The notes under the pieces were generated by a model, which worked only from the letters and a program-made list of their open reading frames with translations, searched no databases and was not told where the DNA came from. The translations under genes were made by a program, and so were the position numbers. From the NCBI GenBank assembly GCA_016194985.1, contig JACQAK010000150.1, positions 236-64,235 of the forward strand: DNA of 64,000 nt. Direction: 5' to 3'. Source of the DNA: Bacteroidota bacterium. GTDB taxonomy: Bacteria; Bacteroidota; Bacteroidia; B-17B0; Aurantibacillaceae. Positions 1-9,845 of this stretch are shown here, piece by piece (position 1 is the first letter of the stretch; the number at the start of each line of letters is the position of its first letter).

Positions 1-509
1 ATTGGCGTGTTATCACCATCAAACTTGTAGAATGATAATAATTCACGGATTTCCATTTCAACTAACTCTAATAATTCTTTGTCCTCAACCATATCCACTT
101 TGTTCATGAATACTACGATACGAGGTACACCAACCTGACGAGCTAAAAGGATATGCTCACGAGTTTGAGGCATAGGTCCGTCTGTTGAAGCTACTACTAA
201 AATTGCGCCATCCATTTGTGCAGCACCTGTAATCATGTTTTTTACATAATCCGCGTGACCTGGACAATCTACGTGAGCGTAGTGACGGTTAGCTGTTTGA
301 TATTCTACGTGAGAAGTATTGATCGTGATACCACGCTCTTTTTCTTCCGGAGCATTATCAATAGAAGAGAAATCTCTTACTTCTGATAATCCTTTTTCTG
401 CTAATACAACTGTAATTGCAGCAGTTAATGTAGTTTTACCGTGATCTACGTGACCAATTGTACCAATGTTTACGTGTGGTTTGGAACGGTCGAATTTTTC
501 TTTAGCCAT
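1..509 (-). CDS. tuf: Elongation factor Tu, N-terminal part (gene runs off the window start)
   Basis: Absent from the ORF track because it is edge-truncated. Reverse translation from the ATG at 509-507 reads [27 protein letters not shown]...[12 protein letters not shown]...NKVD, which are the G1/G3/G4 GTPase motifs. It lies directly downstream of the Thr-Tyr-Gly-Thr tRNA cluster, as in thrU-tyrU-glyT-thrT-tufB. Confidence 0.95.
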   Translation of the reverse strand, partial: MAKEKFDRSKPHVNIGTIGHVDHGKTTLTAAITVVLAEKGLSEVRDFSSIDNAPEEKERGITINTSHVEYQTANRHYAHVDCPGHADYVKNMITGAAQMDGAILVVASTDGPMPQTREHILLARQVGVPRIVVFMNKVDMVEDKELLELVEMEIRELLSFYKFDGDNTP

Positions 510-619
510 TGTTATTTTTGTTTAATTGTTATTATTTATTTTTATAGTTTAACTATCTGTTTTTACTTTTAAAACTAACTGAAACATTGTTTCTTATAGC
601 TTTTTACTCTTTACTTTTG

Positions 620-691
<72 letters not shown>

Positions 692-861
692 TTGTAAAAT
701 CTGCTGTTTGCTGTATTTAAAGAACTGTGCTTTTGTATACACGAAAAGTTCCTCTATTTTTGGGGACTTTCAAAAGGCTTAGGACCGCATACGCTGGTCT
801 TTCCTGTCTTTTGTCCGTTTATACGGTTATTCACCAACTTCACTTACTCTACTCCTATTGG

Positions 862-934
862 AGCGAAAGACGGGTCTCGAACCCGCAACCTCCAGCTTGG
901 AAGGCTGGAGCTCTACCAATTGAGCTACTTTCGC
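862..934 (-). tRNA. tRNA-Gly (anticodon UCC)
   Basis: The reverse complement GCGAAAGTAGCTCAATTGGTAGAGCTCCAGCCTTCCAAGCTGGAGGTTGCGGGTTCGAGACCCGTCTTTCGCT has anticodon stem CCAGC/GCTGG with loop CTTCCAA. The T-loop is GGTTCGAGAC. Confidence 0.93.
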
Positions 935-973
935 TTATACTCTCTTAACAATGCGACAACCATCGTTACTCTG

Positions 974-1054
974 TGGGGACAGGTGGATTCGAACCACCGA
1001 AGTCGAAACAACAGATTTACAGTCTGTCCCATTTGGCCACTCTGGTATATCCCC
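974..1054 (-). tRNA. tRNA-Tyr (anticodon GUA), long variable arm
   Basis: The reverse complement GGGGATATACCAGAGTGGCCAAATGGGACAGACTGTAAATCTGTTGTTTCGACTTCGGTGGTTCGAATCCACCTGTCCCCA has anticodon loop CTGTAAA. It carries the long extra arm typical of bacterial tRNA-Tyr. Confidence 0.93.
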
Positions 1055-1063
1055 ATTAAAAAA

Positions 1064-1136
1064 GAGCCGAAGAAGGGACTCGAACCCCCGACCTACTGAT
1101 TACAAATCAGTGGCTCTACCAGCTGAGCTACTTCGG
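1064..1136 (-). tRNA. tRNA-Thr (anticodon UGU)
   Basis: The reverse complement GCCGAAGTAGCTCAGCTGGTAGAGCCACTGATTTGTAATCAGTAGGTCGGGGGTTCGAGTCCCTTCTTCGGCT has anticodon loop TTTGTAA and T-loop GGTTCGAGTC. Confidence 0.93.
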
Positions 1137-1179
1137 CTTATTTTTTGATTTTAAAGAACGTCCCTTTTTATTGGGGTTG

Positions 1180-1210
1180 CAAATTTAATAACAATTTCTG
1201 TTGTTACAAA
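1180..1210 (-). promoter_or_regulatory. Candidate Bacteroidota-type promoter for the tRNA-tuf cluster
   Basis: The minus strand reads TTGtaacaacagaaattgttatTAAATTTG, a TTG box 19 nt upstream of a TAnnTTTG -7 box. The -7 box lies about 45 nt upstream of the first tRNA 5' end. Confidence 0.45.
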
Positions 1211-1275
1211 AAAAAATATAACTTTTTTTGCTTTTTTTCAAAAATAATTATCTAGCCGTTCTTTAAGGTTAAAAT

Positions 1276-1298
1276 AAAGGAGGGAATATCCCTCCTTT
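1276..1298 (-). terminator. Intrinsic terminator downstream of the peroxiredoxin gene
   Basis: The hairpin aaaggaggga/tccctccttt has a 3-nt loop. On the minus strand it is followed by a T-rich run, and it sits about 25 nt past the stop at 1321. Confidence 0.6.
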
Positions 1299-1320
1299 AA
1301 AGCGCTATATCAGCAAAAAA

Positions 1321-1950
1321 CTAGTGTTTACCCAAATAAGCGGCAACACCGGTATGATCGGCTTTCATTCCTTCTTTACCTTTGCTCCAGTTAGCAGGAC
1401 AAACCTCGCCTTTTTCTTCAAAAAACTGTAATGCGTCTACCATACGTAAAGCCTCGTCAACGTTACGTCCTAAAGGTAAATCGTTAATTAACTGATGACG
1501 TACAACGCCCGCTTTGTCGATCAGGAATAAACCACGGAAGGCAATCATTTCGCCTGTTGCAATTAAGTCTCCGTTCTCGTTTACATCATAATCTCCTAAT
1601 AATGTATCAAAATTGATAGAGATGATTTTAGTTGTATCTGCTACCAATGGGTAAGTAATACCTTTGATACCACCTTGTTTTTTATCTAACTGTAACCAGC
1701 CCCAGTGGCTTTGTTCTGTATCCGTGCTGCAACCAACTACAGCGCAACCGCGACTTTCAAATTCAGCTAATTTTTCCTGAAAAGCATGCAATTCTGTAGG
1801 GCATACAAAGGTGAAGTCTTTTGGGTAAAAGAAAAAAACCACATGCTTTTTTCCAATATATTGTTCCAAAGAAAAGTCTTCTACGATTTCTTCGCCGTTA
1901 ATTACAGCTGATGCCTTAAATAAAGGTGCTTTTTTTCCTACTAATGCCAT
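1321..1950 (-). CDS. ahpC: Typical 2-Cys peroxiredoxin (AhpC/Prx1 family)
   Basis: 209 aa. The peroxidatic motif is DFTFVCPTE and the resolving Cys lies in the context GEVCPANW. Confidence 0.9.
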   Translation of the reverse strand: MALVGKKAPLFKASAVINGEEIVEDFSLEQYIGKKHVVFFFYPKDFTFVCPTELHAFQEKLAEFESRGCAVVGCSTDTEQSHWGWLQLDKKQGGIKGITYPLVADTTKIISINFDTLLGDYDVNENGDLIATGEMIAFRGLFLIDKAGVVRHQLINDLPLGRNVDEALRMVDALQFFEEKGEVCPANWSKGKEGMKADHTGVAAYLGKH

Positions 1951-2065
1951 ATTGTTATATTTTTAAAGGTTAATTAAATTTTTGTGCAAAATTATCATTT
2001 ACTTTGTTTAAACAGTTCTAATTTTTAAATGTTTAATCATAAATTAATAACAAAAAACTAAAGAT

Positions 2066-2533
2066 ATGGCAATTACAGTAGGACAAGCAGCTCCGGATTT
2101 CAAATTATTTAATACCGAGAAACAAGAGATCTCTTTATCGGATTATAAAGGAAAGAATTTAGTGATTTTATTTTTCCCTCTTGCCTTTACGGGTGTTTGC
2201 ACGGCAGAGTTATGCAACATCAGAGATAATTACAACATCTATACTTCACTAAGTGCCGAAGTGGTGGGGATTTCCATTGATTCTTTATTCAGCCTGGGTG
2301 CATTCAAAAAAGAACAAAATTACAATTTCCATTTATTGTCAGATTTTAATAAAACTGTTTCAAAAGCTTACGACTCGCTGTATGAAACCTTTGGTTTTGG
2401 AATGATCGGTGTTACGAAGCGTTCGGCATTTGTGATCGATAAGAACGGCATTATCCGATATGCCGAAATATTGGAAGATGCCGGAAAACAACCTGATTTT
2501 GAAGCAATCAAGGCTTGTTTAGGAAATATTTAA
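2066..2533 (+). CDS. Peroxiredoxin, AhpE/Bcp-like redoxin
   Basis: 155 aa with FPLAFTGVCTAELC, a thioredoxin-fold Prx active site. It is divergent from ahpC. Confidence 0.8.
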   Translation: MAITVGQAAPDFKLFNTEKQEISLSDYKGKNLVILFFPLAFTGVCTAELCNIRDNYNIYTSLSAEVVGISIDSLFSLGAFKKEQNYNFHLLSDFNKTVSKAYDSLYETFGFGMIGVTKRSAFVIDKNGIIRYAEILEDAGKQPDFEAIKACLGNI

Positions 2534-2658
2534 TTTTTTATAGAGCGCAGATGCCGCTGATTTAATAAGATAAATTATGATTTTTGTAACTATTGTGGCA
2601 ACTCACTAGTCCAAAAATCATATTTATCTGCGCAATCAGCGTTGCATTGAATTTAAAA

Positions 2659-3258
2659 ATGCTTAAATCCTATTTCGATAAAACCTTAATTGAAGCGGGT
2701 TGCGATGAAGCCGGCAGAGGCTGTCTGGCTGGTCCTGTTTATGCTGCCTCTGTGATCTTACCCAAAAATTACAGGAATAAATGGTTGGATGACAGTAAAA
2801 AATTAAGTGATAAAGACCGATATGAACTTCGTCCGGAAATAGAAGAAAAAGCCATTACCTGGGCCATTGGTGTGGTAGATAATGTAGAAATCGACGAGAT
2901 TAACATCTTAAAAGCCTCTTTTTTGGCTATGCACAGAGCCATTGACCAATTAACCGTAACGCCCGAATTATTATTAATTGATGGCAACCGCTTTACGCCT
3001 TACAAAAAAATACCTCATCAATGCATCGTAAAAGGCGATGCCAAATTTTTGAACATTGCTGCTGCCAGTATTTTGGCCAAAACATACCGTGACGATTTTA
3101 TGAAACAGGCGGCAATCAAGTATCCGCAATATTCCTGGGAACAAAATATGGGCTATCCAACTAAAAAACACAGGGACGCCATCAGATTAAACGGAACCAC
3201 CCCTTTGCACAGACTAACGTTTCAATTATTGCCTACACAATTGAGTTTAGAGATCTGA
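2659..3258 (+). CDS. rnhB: Ribonuclease HII
   Basis: Motifs [16 protein letters not shown] and LLIDGN are present. I take the ATG at 2659 (MLKSYFDK...) as the start, because the track start at 2593 is an upstream TTG extension. Confidence 0.9.
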   Translation: MLKSYFDKTLIEAGCDEAGRGCLAGPVYAASVILPKNYRNKWLDDSKKLSDKDRYELRPEIEEKAITWAIGVVDNVEIDEINILKASFLAMHRAIDQLTVTPELLLIDGNRFTPYKKIPHQCIVKGDAKFLNIAAASILAKTYRDDFMKQAAIKYPQYSWEQNMGYPTKKHRDAIRLNGTTPLHRLTFQLLPTQLSLEI

Positions 3259-3259
3259 T

Positions 3260-4036
3260 TCAAAACCTAAGGTATAATCCCCCGTTACACCCTATTGCAT
3301 AAAAGTACCCGCTTATGGGCGAATCTACCAACGGCCTTATAAACTGACGATAATTGGGTTCCAGTTTTATATATAAGGATTTACTTATATCATAGCTAAG
3401 GCCTATTCCTGCTATCAATGCCACATCTACAACGGGAATATTTTTTGTATCATAATCATGGCCTACTTTTTTTTGTTCCTTTCCCTGATCATCTTTATAT
3501 GTTTCTTTTACGGTTTTTCCTATAAAGATATTAGCAGAGGCTCCGATGCTTGGAAATAATTTAAAACGGCGGTTGATGATATTAATATGGCATTTCAACG
3601 GTATTTCCAAATAGTTGTATTTGATATTTATTCTTTTTTCGGGCGAATATACAATGCTTGAATTACCCGAATTTGGAATAGACGGATCATAGATTCCGTC
3701 AGGCGTTTGCCATATTCCATCGGGGGTTTGCCAGTTTGTAGCGGGAGAAATGACCACTTGCCCTTTACTGGAAAACAGAAGCCCTGTTTCGATACCTATT
3801 CTTTTTGTAAAATTATAATTCACCGTTACTCCAATACAAAGATTGGTGTGATACGTTTGTTTATTTAATAAAACAGGAGAATTAGCCGGAGAATAAGGGA
3901 TTCTGTAACATACATCAGGCGAAGCCATAATGCCAATAGCCCATTTTTTAATATTCAATGTGTCGCTATGTTGCGCCAATAATCCATTTACAGACGGCAA
4001 CATAAATACTACTATTATGATCGTAAGTTTTTTCAT
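3260..4036 (-). CDS. Outer-membrane beta-barrel protein (PorT/OmpA-beta-barrel-like)
   Basis: 258 aa with signal peptide MKKLTIIIVVFMLPSVNGLLAQ. It shows alternating beta-strand patterns and ends in LYLRF with an aromatic terminus. Confidence 0.7.
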   Translation of the reverse strand: MKKLTIIIVVFMLPSVNGLLAQHSDTLNIKKWAIGIMASPDVCYRIPYSPANSPVLLNKQTYHTNLCIGVTVNYNFTKRIGIETGLLFSSKGQVVISPATNWQTPDGIWQTPDGIYDPSIPNSGNSSIVYSPEKRINIKYNYLEIPLKCHINIINRRFKLFPSIGASANIFIGKTVKETYKDDQGKEQKKVGHDYDTKNIPVVDVALIAGIGLSYDISKSLYIKLEPNYRQFIRPLVDSPISGYFYAIGCNGGLYLRF

Positions 4037-4181
4037 AACATAAATTCTTTCAAAAATACGCTGTTCTTATATTTTAAACTCTACCGTAAAAAAGATATTT
4101 AGCACATTTTTGATGTTACAATAACCGGAAAGTTTTTACAACAACGTGTTTTTTACTTTCTTTGCAGTAAATCAATACTGA

Positions 4182-4823
4182 ATGGAATTCATTAGCAAAG
4201 ACCTGAGTGATTACTGCGAAGCTCATACATCTCCTGAATCAGAGATATTATCCAGACTTAACAGAGAAACCCACGTTAAAGTTGTATCACCGCGTATGCT
4301 TAGTGGGCATTTGCAGGGGCGTTTTTTAAGTTTTATTTCCAGATTGCAGCAACCAAAATTAATTGTGGAAATTGGCACTTACACCGGTTATTCGGCATTA
4401 TGTTTAGCAGAGGGATTAGCCGAAAATGGAAAACTGATCAGTATTGATGTAAATGAAGAAACATCTGCATTTGCCAAATCATTTATCGAAAAAACAGAGT
4501 ATTCCAATAAAATAGAATTGGTACTGGCTGATGCCAAATCCTATATTCCCACTATAAAAGAGCCCATAGACCTTGTATTTATTGATGCCGACAAAAAAAA
4601 CTACCTGAACTATTATCATTTGGTCATTGATAAACTACATACAGGAGGTATGATCATTGCCGATAATGTGTTGTGGAGTGGCAAAATTACCATGCCCGAA
4701 AGCAGTATGGATAAAGAAACGCTCGCACTGCATCAGTTCAACCAATTTGTACAGCAGGATATACGAGTTGAAAACATATTATTACCCGTTCGGGACGGGT
4801 TGATGATTCTCAGAAAAAAATAA
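4182..4823 (+). CDS. Class I SAM-dependent O-methyltransferase (caffeoyl-CoA OMT-like, family 3)
   Basis: 213 aa with IVEIGTYTGYSAL (SAM motif I) and VFIDADKKNY, typical of family 3 OMTs. Confidence 0.85.
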   Translation: MEFISKDLSDYCEAHTSPESEILSRLNRETHVKVVSPRMLSGHLQGRFLSFISRLQQPKLIVEIGTYTGYSALCLAEGLAENGKLISIDVNEETSAFAKSFIEKTEYSNKIELVLADAKSYIPTIKEPIDLVFIDADKKNYLNYYHLVIDKLHTGGMIIADNVLWSGKITMPESSMDKETLALHQFNQFVQQDIRVENILLPVRDGLMILRKK

Positions 4824-4924
4824 GCTTAGCTATTCGTCGTTTCAAATTTATGTTGTATCTTTTCTTTTGTGTAATTTATCATCACAAAAAAAGATACATT
4901 ATTATAAAAAGTAACGGGTAGTTT

Positions 4925-6118
4925 ATGAATGAAACAGGATCAAGCAAATGGAATAATGAGTTTTTAAAATCAATGAGTCTTAAGACCGATCCTTTGGGAG
5001 AGGCCGTTATTACAGAATTAATAGCCAATAATGATTTTATTGCCTTACGAAATCTGTTTACCCAGCTGGATTATAATGGTGAAACATCCTCCGATTCTGA
5101 TTTACCAAAAGCGGTTGTTGATTATTTTAATGCGGAACTAACGCTGCCTCTCTGGGCAAACTACGAAAAAATTCGCATTGCACAGAATGTGTTTGCCACC
5201 TATTGTGCCGAGATTTCTCTGCTATTGAATTTTAAATCTCTGCCTCTTTGCTATTCCTGCAAAAACGGAGCAAAGGTTTTAGCGGCCACCGGACGGCTTG
5301 CGCAATCCGGAAAAGATACTTCAAAACTTGTTCGACGCTTATTGGAAACAGCTCAGATGGTCATTAATGTGATGTCGCCCGATGGATTAAGTCCTCGCGG
5401 AAAAGGCATTATTACTGTTAAAAAAGTACGGCTATATCATGCTACCATCCGTTATTTTGTATTAAGCGAAAAATATAACCCCGCAGGGTGGGATGTTGAA
5501 GAGTTTGGACAACCAATCAACCAGGAAGAAATGGCGGGAACACTTATGTCCTTCTCTGCCCTGATTTTAGATGGTTTAGAGCAACTGGGGGTTAAGCTGA
5601 GTGCTATTGAAAAAGACTCGTATATGCATTGCTGGAATATTGTGGGTCATTTTATTGGCCTCGACCCCCAACTATATCCGGCAAACTATCAGGAAGGATG
5701 GGATTTGGGAATTGCCATCATTAAAAGAAATCAAAGTCAAAGCGAAGACGGAAAATTTTTAACGGAGTCTCTTTTGGATTTTTCTGCCGACTTTTTTAAA
5801 TCAACCATATTTCAGAAAATGCCTGTTTATTTAATGAATTACTTCATTAAAGATGTATCTGCCCGCATAGATATAGATATTTTAAAGCTACTGGGAGTGA
5901 GCAAACAGGTACCTTTCAGGGTTAAATTATTGGGGTGGGTGTTCATCTGCTTTATGAAAATTGGTCACAGGTTTGAGAAACATTCCATTATTATAAAAAG
6001 GCTTGCTCATAAGTATCTGTTAAGATATATGCAGGGACTGATCGATGTTTATTTGAAAAATAATAATGTGGCCTTTTATATTCCTGATACACTGAAAGCG
6101 AATTTGAAATTAAAATAA
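4925..6118 (+). CDS. DUF2236 / MpaB-type oxygenase family protein (tentative)
   Basis: 397 aa, cytoplasmic-looking. Overall resemblance to DUF2236 proteins, including the VRLYHATIRYFV segment, is recognised by eye only. Confidence 0.55.
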   Translation: MNETGSSKWNNEFLKSMSLKTDPLGEAVITELIANNDFIALRNLFTQLDYNGETSSDSDLPKAVVDYFNAELTLPLWANYEKIRIAQNVFATYCAEISLLLNFKSLPLCYSCKNGAKVLAATGRLAQSGKDTSKLVRRLLETAQMVINVMSPDGLSPRGKGIITVKKVRLYHATIRYFVLSEKYNPAGWDVEEFGQPINQEEMAGTLMSFSALILDGLEQLGVKLSAIEKDSYMHCWNIVGHFIGLDPQLYPANYQEGWDLGIAIIKRNQSQSEDGKFLTESLLDFSADFFKSTIFQKMPVYLMNYFIKDVSARIDIDILKLLGVSKQVPFRVKLLGWVFICFMKIGHRFEKHSIIIKRLAHKYLLRYMQGLIDVYLKNNNVAFYIPDTLKANLKLK

Positions 6119-6119
6119 G

Positions 6120-6782
6120 ATGGGAGATTTAAACTACTGGATCAATACGAAGGACTATTCAACCGCTCAGCTGGTGTGGAATGGTATTGGCTGTTTATTT
6201 TGGGTGGTAACCTATGCGGCTCTCCTAAGGGAAATTATTGTGAAAAAGTATGTGGAAATGCCTTTTTTTATTGCCGCCGGAAATCTGGCCTGGGAGTTTG
6301 TGTGGAGTTTTTTCTATCATCCAAACACCGGTAGATTGTTTTCACTGTCGTATCAGGGGGCTTTTCTGTTGGATGTTTTTATTTTTTATTCGATATTGAA
6401 ATATGGCTACAAACAAATTTCTGTTCCCGAAATTCAAAAGCACTTTAAATGGATAGCAATTGTATTACTGGTTATGTGGATTCCATTAAATTACTTTTTT
6501 GTATCACAGGGCTTCGATACAGCTATTGGTGCTAACTCCGGCTATATTCTTAATCTGATCATATCGTTATTGTATCCGCTATTGTTGCTTAGAAGTGATC
6601 CGAAAAATTTTTCGGAAACAGTAGCCTGGTTTAAATTTCTGGGAACAGGATGTATTTCGGTATCCATGTTTTTAATTTACCCGGATAATTACTTTGTTCA
6701 TATATTAGCTGTTTGTTGTTTTATTTTTGATTTGTCGTATACTATTCTTTTGAAAAGAAAATTAATGAATGCTGCCTCCTAA
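6120..6782 (+). CDS. Polytopic membrane protein of unknown function
   Basis: 220 aa with about 6-7 hydrophobic segments. The ATG starts 1 nt after the upstream stop, and the 3' end overlaps the kinase gene by 14 nt. I do not recognise a family. Confidence 0.65.
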   Translation: MGDLNYWINTKDYSTAQLVWNGIGCLFWVVTYAALLREIIVKKYVEMPFFIAAGNLAWEFVWSFFYHPNTGRLFSLSYQGAFLLDVFIFYSILKYGYKQISVPEIQKHFKWIAIVLLVMWIPLNYFFVSQGFDTAIGANSGYILNLIISLLYPLLLLRSDPKNFSETVAWFKFLGTGCISVSMFLIYPDNYFVHILAVCCFIFDLSYTILLKRKLMNAAS

Positions 6783-8031
6783 GGTTTTAAATATTCAAAA
6801 TCACGAAACGCGTGTAAAAGCGATTAGCAGGGTATGTTCAGCCATCACCATTTTTTCGGTGCTGGATACGGTGATCTATCTGTTTTTAAACTTACATGTA
6901 TTTGCTATGCTCACCGGTGGCATCGGCTTATTTTTTGGTGGAGTACTCATCTTAAATAAAAAAGGCTATTTCGCTATTTCAAGAGCCAGCTTAATTGTGG
7001 CCACAAATCTGGGGGTGCTTCTTTTCTCAGGTTGTCTTGGATTTAAAAGCGGTATCTATTTATATTTATTTGCCGCGCCTTTGCTTACTTACATGTTGTT
7101 TGATTTTAAGCAGCAGTTTCAGGTTTATTTTTGTTTTATAACATATATTCTCACTTTTCTTCTTTCTTACTGGATCGATAAAATTCCTTATTTCGAGCTA
7201 TTTACAATTAATGACAGCCAAATGAGCTTGTTGTTCAATGTCAACATTGTTTTTAGTTTTATCCTATGTTTTGTATTAATTATTTATTTCTCTCACAATA
7301 ACTCCAAATACACTGATCTATTGTTAAGATCCAACGAAGTAATACAGGAACAAAAAAATCAACTGGAAATAGAGATCAGCACAAAAGATACATTGAATAA
7401 GAATCTGGAAGATACTTTGAAAGACCGAGTATTACTGTTGTCTGAAATTCACCATCGTGTGAAAAATAATCTCGCCGTAGTAAACGCCTTAATGGAATTA
7501 CAAACTTTTTATCTGGAAGACGAAAAAACAGTTCAGATTCTTAAAGAAAGTCAAAATCGTATAAAATCCATTGCCTTGCTTCATGAGAAACTTTACGAAA
7601 ACAAATCTTTAAAAAATGTAGATGTATCTTCTTATTCACACGAGTTGATCCATTTCATTAAACAATCGTTATCCAATAAAGACAAAAACATTAACATCAG
7701 CATTAACATCAACAATATAAACCTTGAAATGACGAAGGCTATGCCTTTTGGATTGCTGTTAAACGAATTAGTGACTAATTCCTACAAATACGCTTTTATA
7801 AATAAAGATACCGGCAACATTCAGATTACTGTGTTTGAAAAAGACCATGATTATGTATTGGAATATAAAGATGATGGCCCCGGATTTGAATACAATAATG
7901 AAGCAAAGAAAAGTTCGTTAGGTCTTAATTTAATTGAGTCGTTTTGCATTCAATTAAATGGTACTTTCGTATATAAAAATAACCCCAACGAAATGGTATT
8001 TGAATTTAAGTTTCCGGCACAAAAAAATTAA
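6769..8031 (+). CDS. Membrane sensor histidine kinase, HisKA_2/HWE-type
   Basis: 420 aa. The N-terminal region of about 190 aa is multi-pass and hydrophobic. It is followed by a coiled-coil linker, the H-box EIHHRVKNNLAVV, and a C-terminal ATPase region (NELVTNSYKYAF, DDGPGF). Confidence 0.85.
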   Translation: MLPPKVLNIQNHETRVKAISRVCSAITIFSVLDTVIYLFLNLHVFAMLTGGIGLFFGGVLILNKKGYFAISRASLIVATNLGVLLFSGCLGFKSGIYLYLFAAPLLTYMLFDFKQQFQVYFCFITYILTFLLSYWIDKIPYFELFTINDSQMSLLFNVNIVFSFILCFVLIIYFSHNNSKYTDLLLRSNEVIQEQKNQLEIEISTKDTLNKNLEDTLKDRVLLLSEIHHRVKNNLAVVNALMELQTFYLEDEKTVQILKESQNRIKSIALLHEKLYENKSLKNVDVSSYSHELIHFIKQSLSNKDKNINISININNINLEMTKAMPFGLLLNELVTNSYKYAFINKDTGNIQITVFEKDHDYVLEYKDDGPGFEYNNEAKKSSLGLNLIESFCIQLNGTFVYKNNPNEMVFEFKFPAQKN

Positions 8032-8035
8032 ATCT

Positions 8036-8389
8036 ATGGTTAAAAAAGTTCTGATAGTAGAAGATGATATGATACTGTCAATGGTTAACAAGCGCTATGT
8101 GGAATCATTGGGTCATGAGGTAGTGAAATCTGTTCGCAACGGCCCTGATGCTGTTGAGGCTGCCAGAACTCTTAACCCAGATGTTATTTTAATGGATATC
8201 CGTATTGAAGGTACCATGGATGGAATTGATGCCATGGACGAGATTCGTAAGTTTTCGGATGTAGCTGTTGTATATTTAACAGGCAACTCTGATCCTGCTA
8301 CTAAATTAAGGGCCCAGCAAACCAATGTTCTGGCTTTTTGCATCAAGCCAATTTCTATAGATGACCTGAAGAATATCCTTAATCCATAA
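8036..8389 (+). CDS. Single-domain response regulator (CheY-like receiver)
   Basis: The sequence MVKKVLIVEDD...DVILMDIRI...LTGNSD is receiver-only, 117 aa. The track start at 7958 is an extension that overlaps the kinase. Confidence 0.85.
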   Translation: MVKKVLIVEDDMILSMVNKRYVESLGHEVVKSVRNGPDAVEAARTLNPDVILMDIRIEGTMDGIDAMDEIRKFSDVAVVYLTGNSDPATKLRAQQTNVLAFCIKPISIDDLKNILNP

Positions 8390-8533
8390 GATCAGTCATT
8401 GTTACTTTCAGCTCATTAGGCATATATGGCTATAATTGAGTTATTACAAGGGTTTCGTCATCTGATACGCTTAAAAAATAAACATTTATTATTCTTCAAA
8501 TTTATTTTACATTAGTTGCCTATTTAATTTGCT

Positions 8534-9838
8534 ATGAAATTAATTTACGCCGGCATTCTATCTGCTGTTTTTTCTTTTTCTTCCTTTGCTCAAACCAGTG
8601 AGGAAATATCCATATCCTTTATCAAAAAATTAGAACGTCAGCAATTTGACAGTTGCTATGCTTTATTTGATAGCGTAATTGCCAACAAAATATCGGTTGG
8701 TATGCTGGAACAAATGTGGGGGAGCATTCCCAGATATATGGGAGAGTACAAATCCTATTCTTCGGTAATTACTGAAAAAAAAGATACTATGGAAATTGTA
8801 TTTGTAAGATGTGAGTTTGAGAAAACAAAAATGGATCTGCAGTTAGTTTACAATACGCCTCCCCAAAAAATCGTCGGGATGTTTTTTACCCCTCCTAAAA
8901 ACCGAACTACTTACGAAGCTCCTGAGTATGCTCAACAAAACAAATACTACGAAACAAAAATTGCCGTAAAAACAGGTACCATGTCGCTTCCGGGCGCTTT
9001 GTGCGTTCCCAATACTATTAAAAATCCGCCGGTTGTTATTTTAATAGCAGGATCCGGCCCTAACGATAAAGATGAAAGTATTGGCCCTAACAAAATTTTA
9101 AAAGATCTGGCTGTTGGTCTGGCATCTAATGGCATTGCTACATACAGATACGACAAGCGTACGTTAGTGTATGGCAAGGATCTGAAAGAGATTGATTTAA
9201 ATGGGGAGGTTATTGAAGACGCTTTAACAGCAGTAACTACTATAAAAAACAATCCCGACTTTAAAAGCTCCAAGGTATTTATTGTTGGCCATAGTTTAGG
9301 TGCCATGTGCGCTCCATTAATTGCCAGCAAATCAAAACAAATAAATGGTATTGTGATGATGGCCGGAAATGCCCGTCCGCTGGAAGATGTTATTTTAGAG
9401 CAATACAACTATCTGTTTGCTTCAGATAGTTTGGACACAGACGAGAAGAAACAAATAGAAGAACTAACCGGGCAAATTAAAACCGTTAAAGATCCCAAAG
9501 CGTTAAAAACTGCCAAAGCCGCTGATTTACCTTTGAATTTAGATTCCAAATACTGGCAATCATTAGTAAATTATAAGCAAGTACAAATAGCTAAAAAAAT
9601 AAAACAACCTATATTAGTTCTACAGGGTGAAAGAGATTATCAGGTAACAATGACTGATTATTCCATTTGGAAACAATCTCTGAGTGATAAGCCAAAAAAT
9701 CAATTTATCTCTTACCCGGGCCTTAATCATCTATTTATGAGTGGTGAAGGAAAGTCCCTGCCTGCCGAGTATGACAAGCAGGGACATGTGGAAGAAAAGG
9801 TAATCAACGATATTACTGACTGGATAAAAAAACAATAA
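8534..9838 (+). CDS. Secreted alpha/beta hydrolase (serine hydrolase with N-terminal DUF3887-like domain)
   Basis: 434 aa with signal peptide ending FSSFAQ. The nucleophile elbow is GHSLGA and a C-terminal NH motif is present. Confidence 0.75.
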   Translation: MKLIYAGILSAVFSFSSFAQTSEEISISFIKKLERQQFDSCYALFDSVIANKISVGMLEQMWGSIPRYMGEYKSYSSVITEKKDTMEIVFVRCEFEKTKMDLQLVYNTPPQKIVGMFFTPPKNRTTYEAPEYAQQNKYYETKIAVKTGTMSLPGALCVPNTIKNPPVVILIAGSGPNDKDESIGPNKILKDLAVGLASNGIATYRYDKRTLVYGKDLKEIDLNGEVIEDALTAVTTIKNNPDFKSSKVFIVGHSLGAMCAPLIASKSKQINGIVMMAGNARPLEDVILEQYNYLFASDSLDTDEKKQIEELTGQIKTVKDPKALKTAKAADLPLNLDSKYWQSLVNYKQVQIAKKIKQPILVLQGERDYQVTMTDYSIWKQSLSDKPKNQFISYPGLNHLFMSGEGKSLPAEYDKQGHVEEKVINDITDWIKKQ

Positions 9839-9845
9839 GCTTAAT

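Noticed and set aside
692-861. Unusually long 170-nt spacer between tRNA-Thr(GGU) and tRNA-Gly, scanned for a degenerate fifth tRNA
   Set aside because: Neither strand has a GTTCRANYC-type T-loop or acceptor-stem complementarity. Only a small hairpin is present (ggacc...tggtc near 781-799).
727-1148. Track ORFs 727-948 and 951-1148 (73 and 65 aa, plus strand)
   Set aside because: They lie antisense across the tRNA-Gly, tRNA-Tyr and tRNA-Thr genes. They are an artefact of stop-poor tRNA sequence.
2008-2036. TTAAACA-N15-TGTTTAA inverted repeat in the divergent ahpC/prx promoter region, considered as a possible redox-regulator operator
   Set aside because: 7-nt arms in a very AT-rich intergenic region are expected by chance. 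It does not match OxyR or PerR consensus as I remember them.
3693-3734. Imperfect 21-nt tandem duplication encoding WQTPDGI twice in the outer-membrane protein
   Set aside because: It is an in-frame loop duplication within a normal CDS and has no further structure.
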